From an uncultured Alphaproteobacteria bacterium (GTDB lineage Bacteria > Pseudomonadota > Alphaproteobacteria > Rs-D84): a DNA stretch of 64,000 nucleotides. Of the stretch, positions 56,397 through 64,000 are shown in pieces. A program made the position numbers and the translations under genes. The number at the start of each line of letters is the position of its first letter. The first letter of the stretch is position 1. Location: positions 8,151-72,150 of the forward strand of contig CAMOFE010000001.1 of NCBI GenBank assembly GCA_946613195.1, in the 5' to 3' direction. The notes beneath the pieces are model-generated. The model was given only the letters and a program-made list of their open reading frames with translations. It was not told the DNA's origin and made no database searches.

Positions 56397-57155
56397 ATGT
56401 TTAGTTGGTTGGTTTTAATCCAAGTTATTATTATTGCCGCGATAATACTGTTTGTGTATCGCACATTTGTAGAGAATACATCATCTGAAAAAATGGTGCG
56501 TGGATTATTTGGATTGGCATTACTGTGGATTCTCAGTTTTGCACTGTATTGGGCGCATTTGGATTTGTTGGGGCGGTTCTTTCATTGGACAGCATTATTT
56601 TTATCGTTATCACTGGTTGTTGTGTTTCAACCAGAATTGCGTAAATTTATGGCACTGTTGGGAAATGTCCAAGGTTGGCGGCGCATTTTTATGCGCGGTG
56701 GCGTATCAACCAAGAACACATCCGCGCTGGATGCGATTTGTACTGCAACTGAATATATGTCATCAAAACATACGGGTGCATTAATTGTGTTCCCCAGTAC
56801 ATTGGATGAAAGTGCAATTGAAAAAAAAGGTGTTAAAATTGATGCCGAAATTACCAGTGAATTATTGCTGACGATATTCTTTAATAAAACGCCATTACAT
56901 GATGGTGCAGTTATTATTGAAAACAATCGTATAGCGTATGCAGGTGGTATTTTGCCACTGTCGCAAAATAATCTGAATTGGAAATATGGTACGCGTCATC
57001 GTGCGGCACTGGGGTTGTCCGAGGTTTCCAGTGCAACAATCTTGGTTGTATCCGAAGAAAGCGGTGATATATCAATCGCAGAAAAGGGCAAGTTTACTAA
57101 ATATGACGATATGAAAAAATTACGCGCAAAATTAGAAAAAGTATTGAATAAGTAA
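56397..57155 (+). CDS. cdaA: Membrane-anchored diadenylate cyclase CdaA (DacA; c-di-AMP synthase)
   Basis: Three N-terminal TM helices plus a DAC (DisA_N) domain with catalytic signatures ..TPLHDGAVII.. and ..GTRHRAALG.SE..DA.ILVVSEESGDIS. 252 aa. Confidence 0.8.
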   Translation: MFSWLVLIQVIIIAAIILFVYRTFVENTSSEKMVRGLFGLALLWILSFALYWAHLDLLGRFFHWTALFLSLSLVVVFQPELRKFMALLGNVQGWRRIFMRGGVSTKNTSALDAICTATEYMSSKHTGALIVFPSTLDESAIEKKGVKIDAEITSELLLTIFFNKTPLHDGAVIIENNRIAYAGGILPLSQNNLNWKYGTRHRAALGLSEVSSATILVVSEESGDISIAEKGKFTKYDDMKKLRAKLEKVLNK

Positions 57156-57181
57156 AAAAAAACGGCATACGCCGTTTTTTT
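57154..57181 (+). terminator. Rho-independent terminator
   Basis: AAAAAAAAACGGCATACGCCGTTTTTTT after cdaA. Confidence 0.6.
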
Positions 57182-57321
57182 ACGGACAGGAAATTTTAGA
57201 AAATTGGTTAACTGTTTACTTTATTATTTACCCCTTGCGCCGAATCGGCATTTTTTGCTAAAATCGGTATAGCGAAAAACAGAATGTAGGCGCATAATTA
57301 AATTAAACAGGAGCAAACATT

Positions 57322-58440
57322 ATGGAATTTTCAGTTTATCGTCAGGTACTGATTCGTGCGCTGGGGCACATGCAATCAATCGTTGAAAAACGTGCAACTT
57401 TGCCGATTCTAATGAATGTAAAGTTAGAAGTGTCGGATACATTGATATTATCTGCAACAAATGTTGACTTGGAATTGGTTGAACATGTGGCGGCTGATAT
57501 CACACTGGGGGGCAAGACGACTGTGCCGGTTCAGATGTTATATGACATTGTGCGTAAGTTGCCAGATGATGCAGAAATTAGTTTCAAGCAATCGGGGGAT
57601 CAACTGGTTGTGTCGGCGGCACGTGCAGTATTCCATTTGCCAACATTGCCGGCGGAAAATTTCCCAGCCATGGCGGGCAGTAATCTGACCACTAAATTCC
57701 AGATGACGACTGGGGATTTGGCGCATTTGATTAACCAGACAAAATTTGCAATTCCAACAGATGATGTGCGTTATCATCTGGGGGGGATTTATTTCCATAT
57801 TGCAGACGAGGGCAAAGATAAAAAATTAACTGCGGTTGCCACCGATGCCCAGCGTTTGGCGTTGTGTGCAATGACCGCCCCAGATGGCGCAACAGAAATG
57901 CCATCGGTTATTTTACCACGTCGCGTGATTGGTGAATTGTCTAAATTATTAGAAGATGCAAATGTTGATGATGTAACGGTTGAATTATCTGATACCAAGG
58001 CGCGCTTTACGGTTGGTGCCGCCACATTGACCAGTAAACTGGTTGATGCGCAATATCCAAATTATCGCGTTGTTATACCAAAAGGGAACGACAAAATTGC
58101 GATTCTGGACAGGAAACAGTTTATAAACGCAGTGGACTTGGTGTCTGTTGCGTCCCAAGACAAGACAAAATCTGTTCAGTTGACATTTACAATGAATAAA
58201 TTGGTTGTAAACGCATCCAGTCCAGATGCTGGTACTGCAACCCAGGAACTAGATGTTGAATACAATGGCGACAGTTCGTTTACAGTTGTATTTAATGTAA
58301 AATTCTTGTTGGATGTTGCCGGTCAAGTAGAAGGGGAAAAATTCCAGATGGAAATGCAAGACCCGTTATCGCCAACCAAGATAAATTCTACAGATAAAAA
58401 TACAGATGCATTGTTTGTATTAATGCCAATGCGGATGTAA
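57322..58440 (+). CDS. dnaN: DNA polymerase III beta sliding clamp
   Basis: Three-domain clamp, 372 aa, conserved N-terminus (..L...L..V...V.KR.T.PIL.NV.LE). Confidence 0.9.
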   Translation: MEFSVYRQVLIRALGHMQSIVEKRATLPILMNVKLEVSDTLILSATNVDLELVEHVAADITLGGKTTVPVQMLYDIVRKLPDDAEISFKQSGDQLVVSAARAVFHLPTLPAENFPAMAGSNLTTKFQMTTGDLAHLINQTKFAIPTDDVRYHLGGIYFHIADEGKDKKLTAVATDAQRLALCAMTAPDGATEMPSVILPRRVIGELSKLLEDANVDDVTVELSDTKARFTVGAATLTSKLVDAQYPNYRVVIPKGNDKIAILDRKQFINAVDLVSVASQDKTKSVQLTFTMNKLVVNASSPDAGTATQELDVEYNGDSSFTVVFNVKFLLDVAGQVEGEKFQMEMQDPLSPTKINSTDKNTDALFVLMPMRM

Positions 58441-58468
58441 AAAAACGCGCCATTGGCGCGTTTTTTTT
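58441..58468. terminator. Bidirectional Rho-independent terminator
   Basis: AAAAAACGCGCCATTGGCGCGTTTTTTTT. Confidence 0.6.
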
Positions 58469-58703
58469 AGTGAATCAACGCTTTTAATGGACGATGTGTA
58501 AAGTCAATAAAGCAAATTAATTGAAACACCGTTGGTGTAATTTTTCCATTAATTAATTTATAATAATCAGGTTCATCTATGCCCAACGTGTTGCACATAA
58601 TATATACCGGAATATTCAATTCTTGGCGAATTAGTTCTATTTCGCGTCCGATTGCGTGGCGGTGGCGAAATAAATCATATGTTTCATTTTTGTTAGACAT
58701 CAT
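58467..58703 (-). CDS. Small XRE-type HTH protein (putative)
   Basis: 78 aa. ..IRQELNIPVYIMCNTLGIDEPDYYKLINGKITPTVFQL.. fits the XRE HTH pattern. Confidence 0.35.
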   Translation of the reverse strand: MMSNKNETYDLFRHRHAIGREIELIRQELNIPVYIMCNTLGIDEPDYYKLINGKITPTVFQLICFIDFTHRPLKALIH

Positions 58704-59008
58704 TAACCCCCGACTGTTTTAACAAACAAAAAACCATCGGAATAAATTCAGATGGTTGGAGTCACACAGCAATCTTATAGAAAATTGCGCGCCTTATTCA
58801 ATATACTCGGCGCACTCCAACCAAGTGGTTGGAGGATTTAACGCAATCCTTTGCGTCTACAAGATGGACTGTGTGGTCCAACAACGACAACTGTCGCTGC
58901 AAATACATTATATAACAGGTGTGTTATGAAATACAATAAAAAAAACTTGCGAAAATATAACAAGATATTTATAATCTGTCCGGTATTTTCAATAAAAGAG
59001 GTATTAAA

Positions 59009-59578
59009 ATGGCATCATACATTGCAAATGATATGCGTGTTGGTTGGGTTATTTCCCACAATGGTAAACGTTATTCTGTCACATCTATTACCAAGGTTAA
59101 ACCAGGCAAGGGCGGCGCATTCGTCCAGGCAGACCTGCGCGATATTGATTCTGGTAACAAAGGTGGCGATCGTTGGCGCGCCGAAGACAAGGTTGAAAAG
59201 TTAATGGTAGAAGATGTTGAATGTCAATATCTGTATTCAGACGGCACAGATGCGTATTTTATGAATTTGTCTGATTATGAACAATTTACGATGCCAAATG
59301 ATTCTTTGGGTGAACAAATGAAATTCTTGGCACCAGAAATGAATGTAAAGGCAAATATGGTAGAAGGCAATCCTGTATCAATTACATTGCCAAAAACAGT
59401 TATCGCAACTGTGGAAGAAACAGAACCTGCATTAAAGGGTCAAACCGCAACCAGCAGTGGTGGCAAACCGGCGATATTGGACAACGGTGTTCGGGTTCAG
59501 GTGCCTGTATTTATTGAACAAGGCGAACGCATTGTGGTAAATACAGAAACACTGGAATATGTAGAACGCGCCAAATAA
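59009..59578 (+). CDS. efp: Elongation factor P
   Basis: 189 aa with KOW-like N-domain (..KPGKGGAFVQADLRD..) and two OB domains. Confidence 0.95.
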   Translation: MASYIANDMRVGWVISHNGKRYSVTSITKVKPGKGGAFVQADLRDIDSGNKGGDRWRAEDKVEKLMVEDVECQYLYSDGTDAYFMNLSDYEQFTMPNDSLGEQMKFLAPEMNVKANMVEGNPVSITLPKTVIATVEETEPALKGQTATSSGGKPAILDNGVRVQVPVFIEQGERIVVNTETLEYVERAK

Positions 59579-59616
59579 ATTATAACGGCGCATCTGCACC
59601 ATTCTAATTCATTTAC

Positions 59617-59645
59617 AAAAATCCGCAATTTGCGGATTTTTTTTA
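59617..59645. terminator. Bidirectional Rho-independent terminator
   Basis: AAAAATCCGCAATTTGCGGATTTTTTTT between efp and convergent fba. Confidence 0.6.
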
Positions 59646-59652
59646 CCAACAA

Positions 59653-60702
59653 TTAACAACCAACAACCTTATCATTGCTGGCCATAATATTTTTTATCTC
59701 GTCCATGCAGTTTTCGGTTATGTTTTGCATCGCCAACCCCATCCAATCGCGCGGATTAAAGTTTTCAGGGTGTGCGGTCAAAAATTCACGCACACCCGCG
59801 GTGAACGCCAGACGTGAATCACTGTCCACATTTATTTTGCAGATGTTCATTTGTGTGGCGCGCCTTAGTTGTGCGGTGTCAATTCCGCGGGCATCACCCA
59901 GTTTCCCACCGTGCGCATTTATTGATTTAACCAAGTGTGCTGGCACAGATGATGCACCATGCAGCACCAGTGGAAATTTTGGTAATTTTTTTGCTATTTT
60001 TTCCAAGATATCAAATCGTAACGATTCATCATCGGATTTTCGCTTATATGCGCCATGACTGGTGCCGATGGCGATTGCCAATGAATCAACATTTGTGTCT
60101 TTTACAAATTTCACAACATCGTCTGGGTTTGTGTATTGTGAATATTCTGATTTTGTGTTTTCGTCTTCTATGCCAGACAGTGTGCCCAGTTCTGCCTCTA
60201 CACAAACATCGTATTTATGTGCGTATTCGGCAACGCGTCGCGACAGTTTTGTATTTTCATCATATGGCATTGCAGATGCATCAATCATAACAGATGAAAA
60301 GCCCAAGTCTATCGCGTGCTGGCATAAATCATACGAATGACCATGATCCAGGTGCAGTGCCACACATTCTGAATCTGATAATTTTAATCCGCCAATCATT
60401 GACATCAGCATATCGTCCCCCATATATTTTAGCGCACTTTCTGATACCGCCAATATAACAGGACTGTGTGTTTTGCGTGCCGCCGCCATAATCGCGGTCA
60501 GTGTTTCCATATTATAAAAATTAAATGCCGGTACTGCATAATTGCGCGTAATTGCATCACTGAACATATCACGGGTGTTAACCAGACCGAATTTGGAATA
60601 TTTTCTCATTTGTGTTCCTTTGTTTTTGTTTATTATATCACAGTGCAAGGGGCTGTGTAAGTGGTTAGTTAGTCCTTGACAACAGGCTGATTTGTGCAAC
60701 AA
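59653..60702 (-). CDS. fba: Class II fructose-bisphosphate aldolase
   Basis: ..AVPAFNFYNMETLTAIM..PVIL.., HLDHG zinc-binding motif and ..HGASS... The likely start is the internal MRKYSK. Confidence 0.9.
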   Translation of the reverse strand: MLHKSACCQGLTNHLHSPLHCDIINKNKGTQMRKYSKFGLVNTRDMFSDAITRNYAVPAFNFYNMETLTAIMAAARKTHSPVILAVSESALKYMGDDMLMSMIGGLKLSDSECVALHLDHGHSYDLCQHAIDLGFSSVMIDASAMPYDENTKLSRRVAEYAHKYDVCVEAELGTLSGIEDENTKSEYSQYTNPDDVVKFVKDTNVDSLAIAIGTSHGAYKRKSDDESLRFDILEKIAKKLPKFPLVLHGASSVPAHLVKSINAHGGKLGDARGIDTAQLRRATQMNICKINVDSDSRLAFTAGVREFLTAHPENFNPRDWMGLAMQNITENCMDEIKNIMASNDKVVGC

Positions 60703-61125
60703 TTATCTACGAATCGGGGGAGATGCAAGAGACCAACCATACAAAAGGAAAAACATATGAAGAATTTAATTGCTTGTTTGTTTGCGGTTGCCACATTGGC
60801 AGGTTGCACATATTACGATTATTACAAAGGCGGCGTTCGCTATACCCAGGATGGCGATGATTGTATTTATTATGCAGACGAAGCAGGTCGTCGTTTTTCT
60901 GACAATGTAAATTCAATGAATCAAGATAAAAAGATTGTTTATCGCAACACACGTTGTGCAGACTTGTTTAATCGCGATACAGAAAAATTGGACAAGCCAG
61001 CAATCACACGTTCTGTAATTGCGCCGGCATATGTTGCGCCATCGGCACCTGTTATGCCAACATGCGGTTGCAACACATGTGGTCAACCACAGCCGATTGT
61101 TCGTCGTACATATGTGATGTATTAA
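60694..61125 (+). CDS. Small lipoprotein, unknown function
   Basis: The internal start MKNLIACLFAVATLAGC gives a lipobox. ~120-aa mature protein with 6 Cys. Confidence 0.5.
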   Translation: MQQLSTNRGRCKRPTIQKEKHMKNLIACLFAVATLAGCTYYDYYKGGVRYTQDGDDCIYYADEAGRRFSDNVNSMNQDKKIVYRNTRCADLFNRDTEKLDKPAITRSVIAPAYVAPSAPVMPTCGCNTCGQPQPIVRRTYVMY

Positions 61126-61152
61126 AAAAAACGCCCCACGGGGCGTTTTTTT

Positions 61153-61272
61153 TTAAGTGAATAGTGAAAAGTTAAAAGTGAATAATGGACGAATGCCCAC
61201 ACGATGAATCATGTGGGCGCATCAATTAATGTTGCACCAACAAAATGTCGGCGCACAAACACTATTCACTAT
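61153..61272. repeat. Full copy of dispersed palindromic repeat family A
   Basis: TAAGTGAATAGTGAAAAGTTAAAAGTGAATAATG..GCCCACACGATGAATCATGTGGGC..ATGTCGGCGCACAAACACTATTCACTA, ~85% identical to 43716-43848. Confidence 0.7.
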
Positions 61273-61333
61273 AATTAGTTTGTATTCCCTTAAAAAATGT
61301 GATAAAATATTATAAAACAAAAGGGGATTTATT

Positions 61334-61687
61334 ATGAGAAAATTGAAAAAAATACAAACAAAATTAAGTTTCGCGATTTTGGCGATAATGACATCTGTGC
61401 CTGCATTTGCAGATCCGTTATGTGATTTAATTAAAGAAATGTCGGGTGTTTTTAAGATTTTGCGTACGCTTGCATTTGTTGGTGCTGCGTTTATTATCGC
61501 TGGTTGGGCATGGGGCTTTATAAAAGATGCCAAGGTAGATATGGATGATTTACGCAAAAAGGGTACGGGTATGTTGGTTGGTTTTATTCTGTTATTTACC
61601 ATTGGTATAGTATTAAGTTTCTTTTTATCTCAGGCTGGTGGTGATTTGCTTGGATGTAAAGATGAAATATTAAATTGGGGTAAATAG
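61334..61687 (+). CDS. VirB2/TrbC-like type IV secretion pilin-like small membrane protein (putative)
   Basis: 26-residue signal peptide (..SVPAFA), then two hydrophobic helices separated by a charged loop (..LRTLAFVGAAFIIAGWAWGFI..KDAKVD..GMLVGFILLFTIGIVLSFFL..) with flanking Cys. 117 aa. The topology and size are those of T-pilin. Confidence 0.45.
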   Translation: MRKLKKIQTKLSFAILAIMTSVPAFADPLCDLIKEMSGVFKILRTLAFVGAAFIIAGWAWGFIKDAKVDMDDLRKKGTGMLVGFILLFTIGIVLSFFLSQAGGDLLGCKDEILNWGK

Positions 61688-61697
61688 ACCCAAGTAT

Positions 61698-61726
61698 AAA
61701 AATCGCCCCATTGGGGCGATTTTTAT
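61698..61726. terminator. Bidirectional Rho-independent terminator
   Basis: AAAAATCGCCCCATTGGGGCGATTTTTAT. Confidence 0.6.
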
Positions 61727-61962
61727 TTGTCTTCTATATTTGCCAGGGAAAATAGAACTGATGATATCAATGATTGATAGGGGACATGTTGCTGTTCCGC
61801 CAGTTCTTTTATCTTGTCTAAAATGGGGCGCGGAATACGCATATTTATAACACAGTCTGATTTATTAAATGTACGATACGCCGCATATTCCCGCAGCAGC
61901 GTTTCAATATTCATTATAAACAATTGTTGCATAACATTTGGCATGGGCAATCTCCTATACAC
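61723..61962 (-). CDS. Ribbon-helix-helix (CopG/BrnA-like) antitoxin-like protein
   Basis: 79 aa. C-terminal ..MRIPRPILDKIKELAEQQHVPYQSLISSVLF.. fits an RHH DNA-binding fold. No cognate toxin ORF is adjacent. Confidence 0.4.
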   Translation of the reverse strand: MYRRLPMPNVMQQLFIMNIETLLREYAAYRTFNKSDCVINMRIPRPILDKIKELAEQQHVPYQSLISSVLFSLANIEDK

Positions 61963-62154
61963 TGGACAATACCAGCGTGATTACAATTGACTATATCATC
62001 GTATATACGATTGTCAATACAAATATGTTTACAACTGTAATTACTGTTGTAATCACGGTTGTGATGGCAGGTGTGTTGGGGTTGTGCAAGCCGTGCGGGG
62101 TTTTGTCCTGTGTTTTCACTTTTCATTATTCTTTATTTCCCCTTGGCTTGATTT

Positions 62155-63522
62155 TTGTTTTGTGTATGTATAAAATTTGTTCATCGTATTAATAAAAAGG
62201 AAAGGGATATGTTGAAAAAAATATTGTACGCGTTTGCTGCGTTATTGTTTATATTGCCGGCACGCGCCGAATTACGCGTTGATATTGTTGCGGGTGGCGC
62301 AGATCCGATTTCAATCGCGGTGCAAAAAATAGAAACCGCCGATGGTGTATCCAGCAAAGATGCCGCAACTGTACGCGCAGTGGTTGAAAATGACCTGAAA
62401 TCCACAGGCTTGTTTCGGATTGTGTCGCATGACGCGTTCCCAGAATATGTTAAAATGAACGATATGCCAAAATTCAAGTCGTGGGCGGCAATAAAAACGC
62501 AAGTCCTGGTCCAGGGTAAAATGACGGTAGAAAAAGGTAAATATAAACTGGAATTCTATGTTTGGGATGTTAATGGTTCTGAACAGATAGAGGCGCAATC
62601 ATTGGTTGCATCAAAAAAGTCAGTTCGCCGTCTGGGACATATTATGGCGGATGCAATATATGAACGATTGACTGGGGAAACAGGCTATTTTGATACACAA
62701 ATTGTCTTTATCGCCGAATCAGGTCCGGTTGGCAACCGTACAAAACGTATGGCGATTATGGACCAAGACGGATTTGGAATGCGTTATTTGTCTGATAAAA
62801 ATACTTTTGTAATGTCGCCACATTTTTCGCCAAATATGCAAACTATTGTATTCTTGTCTTATTATAATAATGACCCGATGGTTTGGTCGTTGGACTTAAA
62901 TACCGGGGAACAGCGCAGGCTGGGACAATTCGGTGGAATGAATTTTGCACCACGATTTTCACCTGATGGTCGGCGCATCGCGTTATCTTTGGTCAAAGAC
63001 GGTATTACACATATATATGAATACGATATTGAATCCAAAGCATTACGCCAGTTAACATTTGGTAATTCTATTAATACCAGTCCGTCTTATTCCCCAGATG
63101 GTAAAAAAATGGCGTTTAATTCTGACCGTTCGGGACGTCAACAGATTCATGTGCTGGATTTACAGAGTCTGGATGAAGAACGTATCACATATGGTGATGG
63201 TCGCTATGCGACACCGGCATGGTCGCCAGATGGGCAATTTATCGCGTTTACAAAAATTGCAGATGATACTTTTTATATTGGCATAATGTCCCCAAATGGT
63301 CGGAACGAGAAAATATTAGCAGGTGGCTGGTTTATGGAGGCACCATCCTGGGCACCAGGTTCACGCCGCTTGGTTTATTATGAAACAGAACGTGCGCTGG
63401 ACGATATAGAACGCATCAGTCATATTCGCAGTGTTGATATAACTGGGCAAAATCTGTACGATATTGAATTGCCTGATGATATAAATGGAACGGAACCAAC
63501 ATGGTCGCCACGCTTGCCATAG
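62155..63522 (+). CDS. tolB: Tol-Pal system periplasmic protein TolB
   Basis: Signal peptide at the internal MLKKILYAFAALLFILPARA; N-terminal alpha/beta domain plus six-bladed beta-propeller with repeated ..SP(D/N)G.. blades. Confidence 0.9.
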   Translation: MFCVCIKFVHRINKKERDMLKKILYAFAALLFILPARAELRVDIVAGGADPISIAVQKIETADGVSSKDAATVRAVVENDLKSTGLFRIVSHDAFPEYVKMNDMPKFKSWAAIKTQVLVQGKMTVEKGKYKLEFYVWDVNGSEQIEAQSLVASKKSVRRLGHIMADAIYERLTGETGYFDTQIVFIAESGPVGNRTKRMAIMDQDGFGMRYLSDKNTFVMSPHFSPNMQTIVFLSYYNNDPMVWSLDLNTGEQRRLGQFGGMNFAPRFSPDGRRIALSLVKDGITHIYEYDIESKALRQLTFGNSINTSPSYSPDGKKMAFNSDRSGRQQIHVLDLQSLDEERITYGDGRYATPAWSPDGQFIAFTKIADDTFYIGIMSPNGRNEKILAGGWFMEAPSWAPGSRRLVYYETERALDDIERISHIRSVDITGQNLYDIELPDDINGTEPTWSPRLP

Positions 63523-63543
63523 TTAGTTGTTAGTTGTTGGTGG

Positions 63544-63972
63544 TTGGTGTTTAGGATTATATCATTTTTTATAATGTTAATATGCGGTGTTGGTGTGGCA
63601 AATGCCACACCCGCCACGGTTAGTTATATTATAGATGGTGATACTTTTGCGGCATATGTAAAATTAGAAGATGGTATTAAAATATCTGTGCGTGTGCGTA
63701 TTCGCAATGTTGATACACCTGAAATTCATGGGGAATGCGAATCGGAAATAAGACGGGCATACCTGGCCAAGGAACATTTATCAAAACTGATTCCGGTGGG
63801 GACGGATGTTGAATTAACAAATATCAAAGATGATAAATATTTAGGGCGAATTGATGCAAATGTTCTGGATGGTGCGGGACGCGATGTGGGTGCTGTTATG
63901 ATTAAATCTGGGTTTGGGCGACCGTATAATGGTGGGCGGCGTGTTGGTTGGTGTGAAAATTCCCAAAAATAA
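63544..63972 (+). CDS. Secreted thermonuclease (staphylococcal-nuclease-like, SNase fold)
   Basis: Signal peptide; ..VSYIIDGDTFAAYVKLEDG..VRVRIRNVDTPE.., ..YLGRIDANVLDG...DVGAVMIKSG. matches SNase catalytic Arg/Glu and Ca-binding Asp positions. Confidence 0.75.
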   Translation: MVFRIISFFIMLICGVGVANATPATVSYIIDGDTFAAYVKLEDGIKISVRVRIRNVDTPEIHGECESEIRRAYLAKEHLSKLIPVGTDVELTNIKDDKYLGRIDANVLDGAGRDVGAVMIKSGFGRPYNGGRRVGWCENSQK

Positions 63973-64000
63973 TTGTTGCAAATCATATTTTTATAAATAC

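Noticed and set aside
1-64000. Searched for CRISPR arrays, rRNA, IS elements or transposases, and prophage genes
   Set aside because: I found no regularly spaced direct repeats with unique spacers, no rRNA-like conserved segments, and no transposase, integrase or phage structural proteins among the six-frame ORFs. The only repeats are the short MITE-like families A and B.

Overview
The window is AT-rich (~40% GC), densely packed chromosomal DNA from a Gram-negative bacterium. Gene content and fragmented synteny look like a reduced alphaproteobacterial (Rickettsiales/Holosporales-like) intracellular symbiont, but this assignment is tentative. Most of the window is housekeeping. There is a split dcw cluster (ftsL-ftsI, then mraY-ftsW-murG), along with recJ, tatC, mrcA, miaB, gatCAB, sufBC, rpsT, plsY, dprA, dnaA, parE, dnaJ, a marR-tolC-RND efflux operon, pgsA-uvrC, rluC, dnaN, efp, fba, tolB and two tRNAs (Lys-CTT, Phe-GAA). 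I see no rRNA, no CRISPR array and no transposase or integrase. The part worth a second look is the stretch 28.2-40.4 kb, interleaved between core genes. It holds a type-IVb-pilus-like outer-membrane module (a TcpQ-domain protein plus a lipoprotein secretin, followed by a small protein with phage-tail-fibre-like repeats) and several signal-peptide-bearing, Cys-rich proteins of unknown function around dnaA. Other points of interest are an orphan type IV pilin beside uvrC, a VirB2/TrbC-like mini-pilin next to an RHH antitoxin-like gene, a CdaA-type diadenylate cyclase upstream of dnaN, an RpoA alpha-CTD-like gene inserted inside gatCAB, and two dispersed palindromic (MITE-like) repeat families at gene 3' ends and upstream regions. 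A few track coordinates sit one base off from my own counting; I use the track coordinates throughout.
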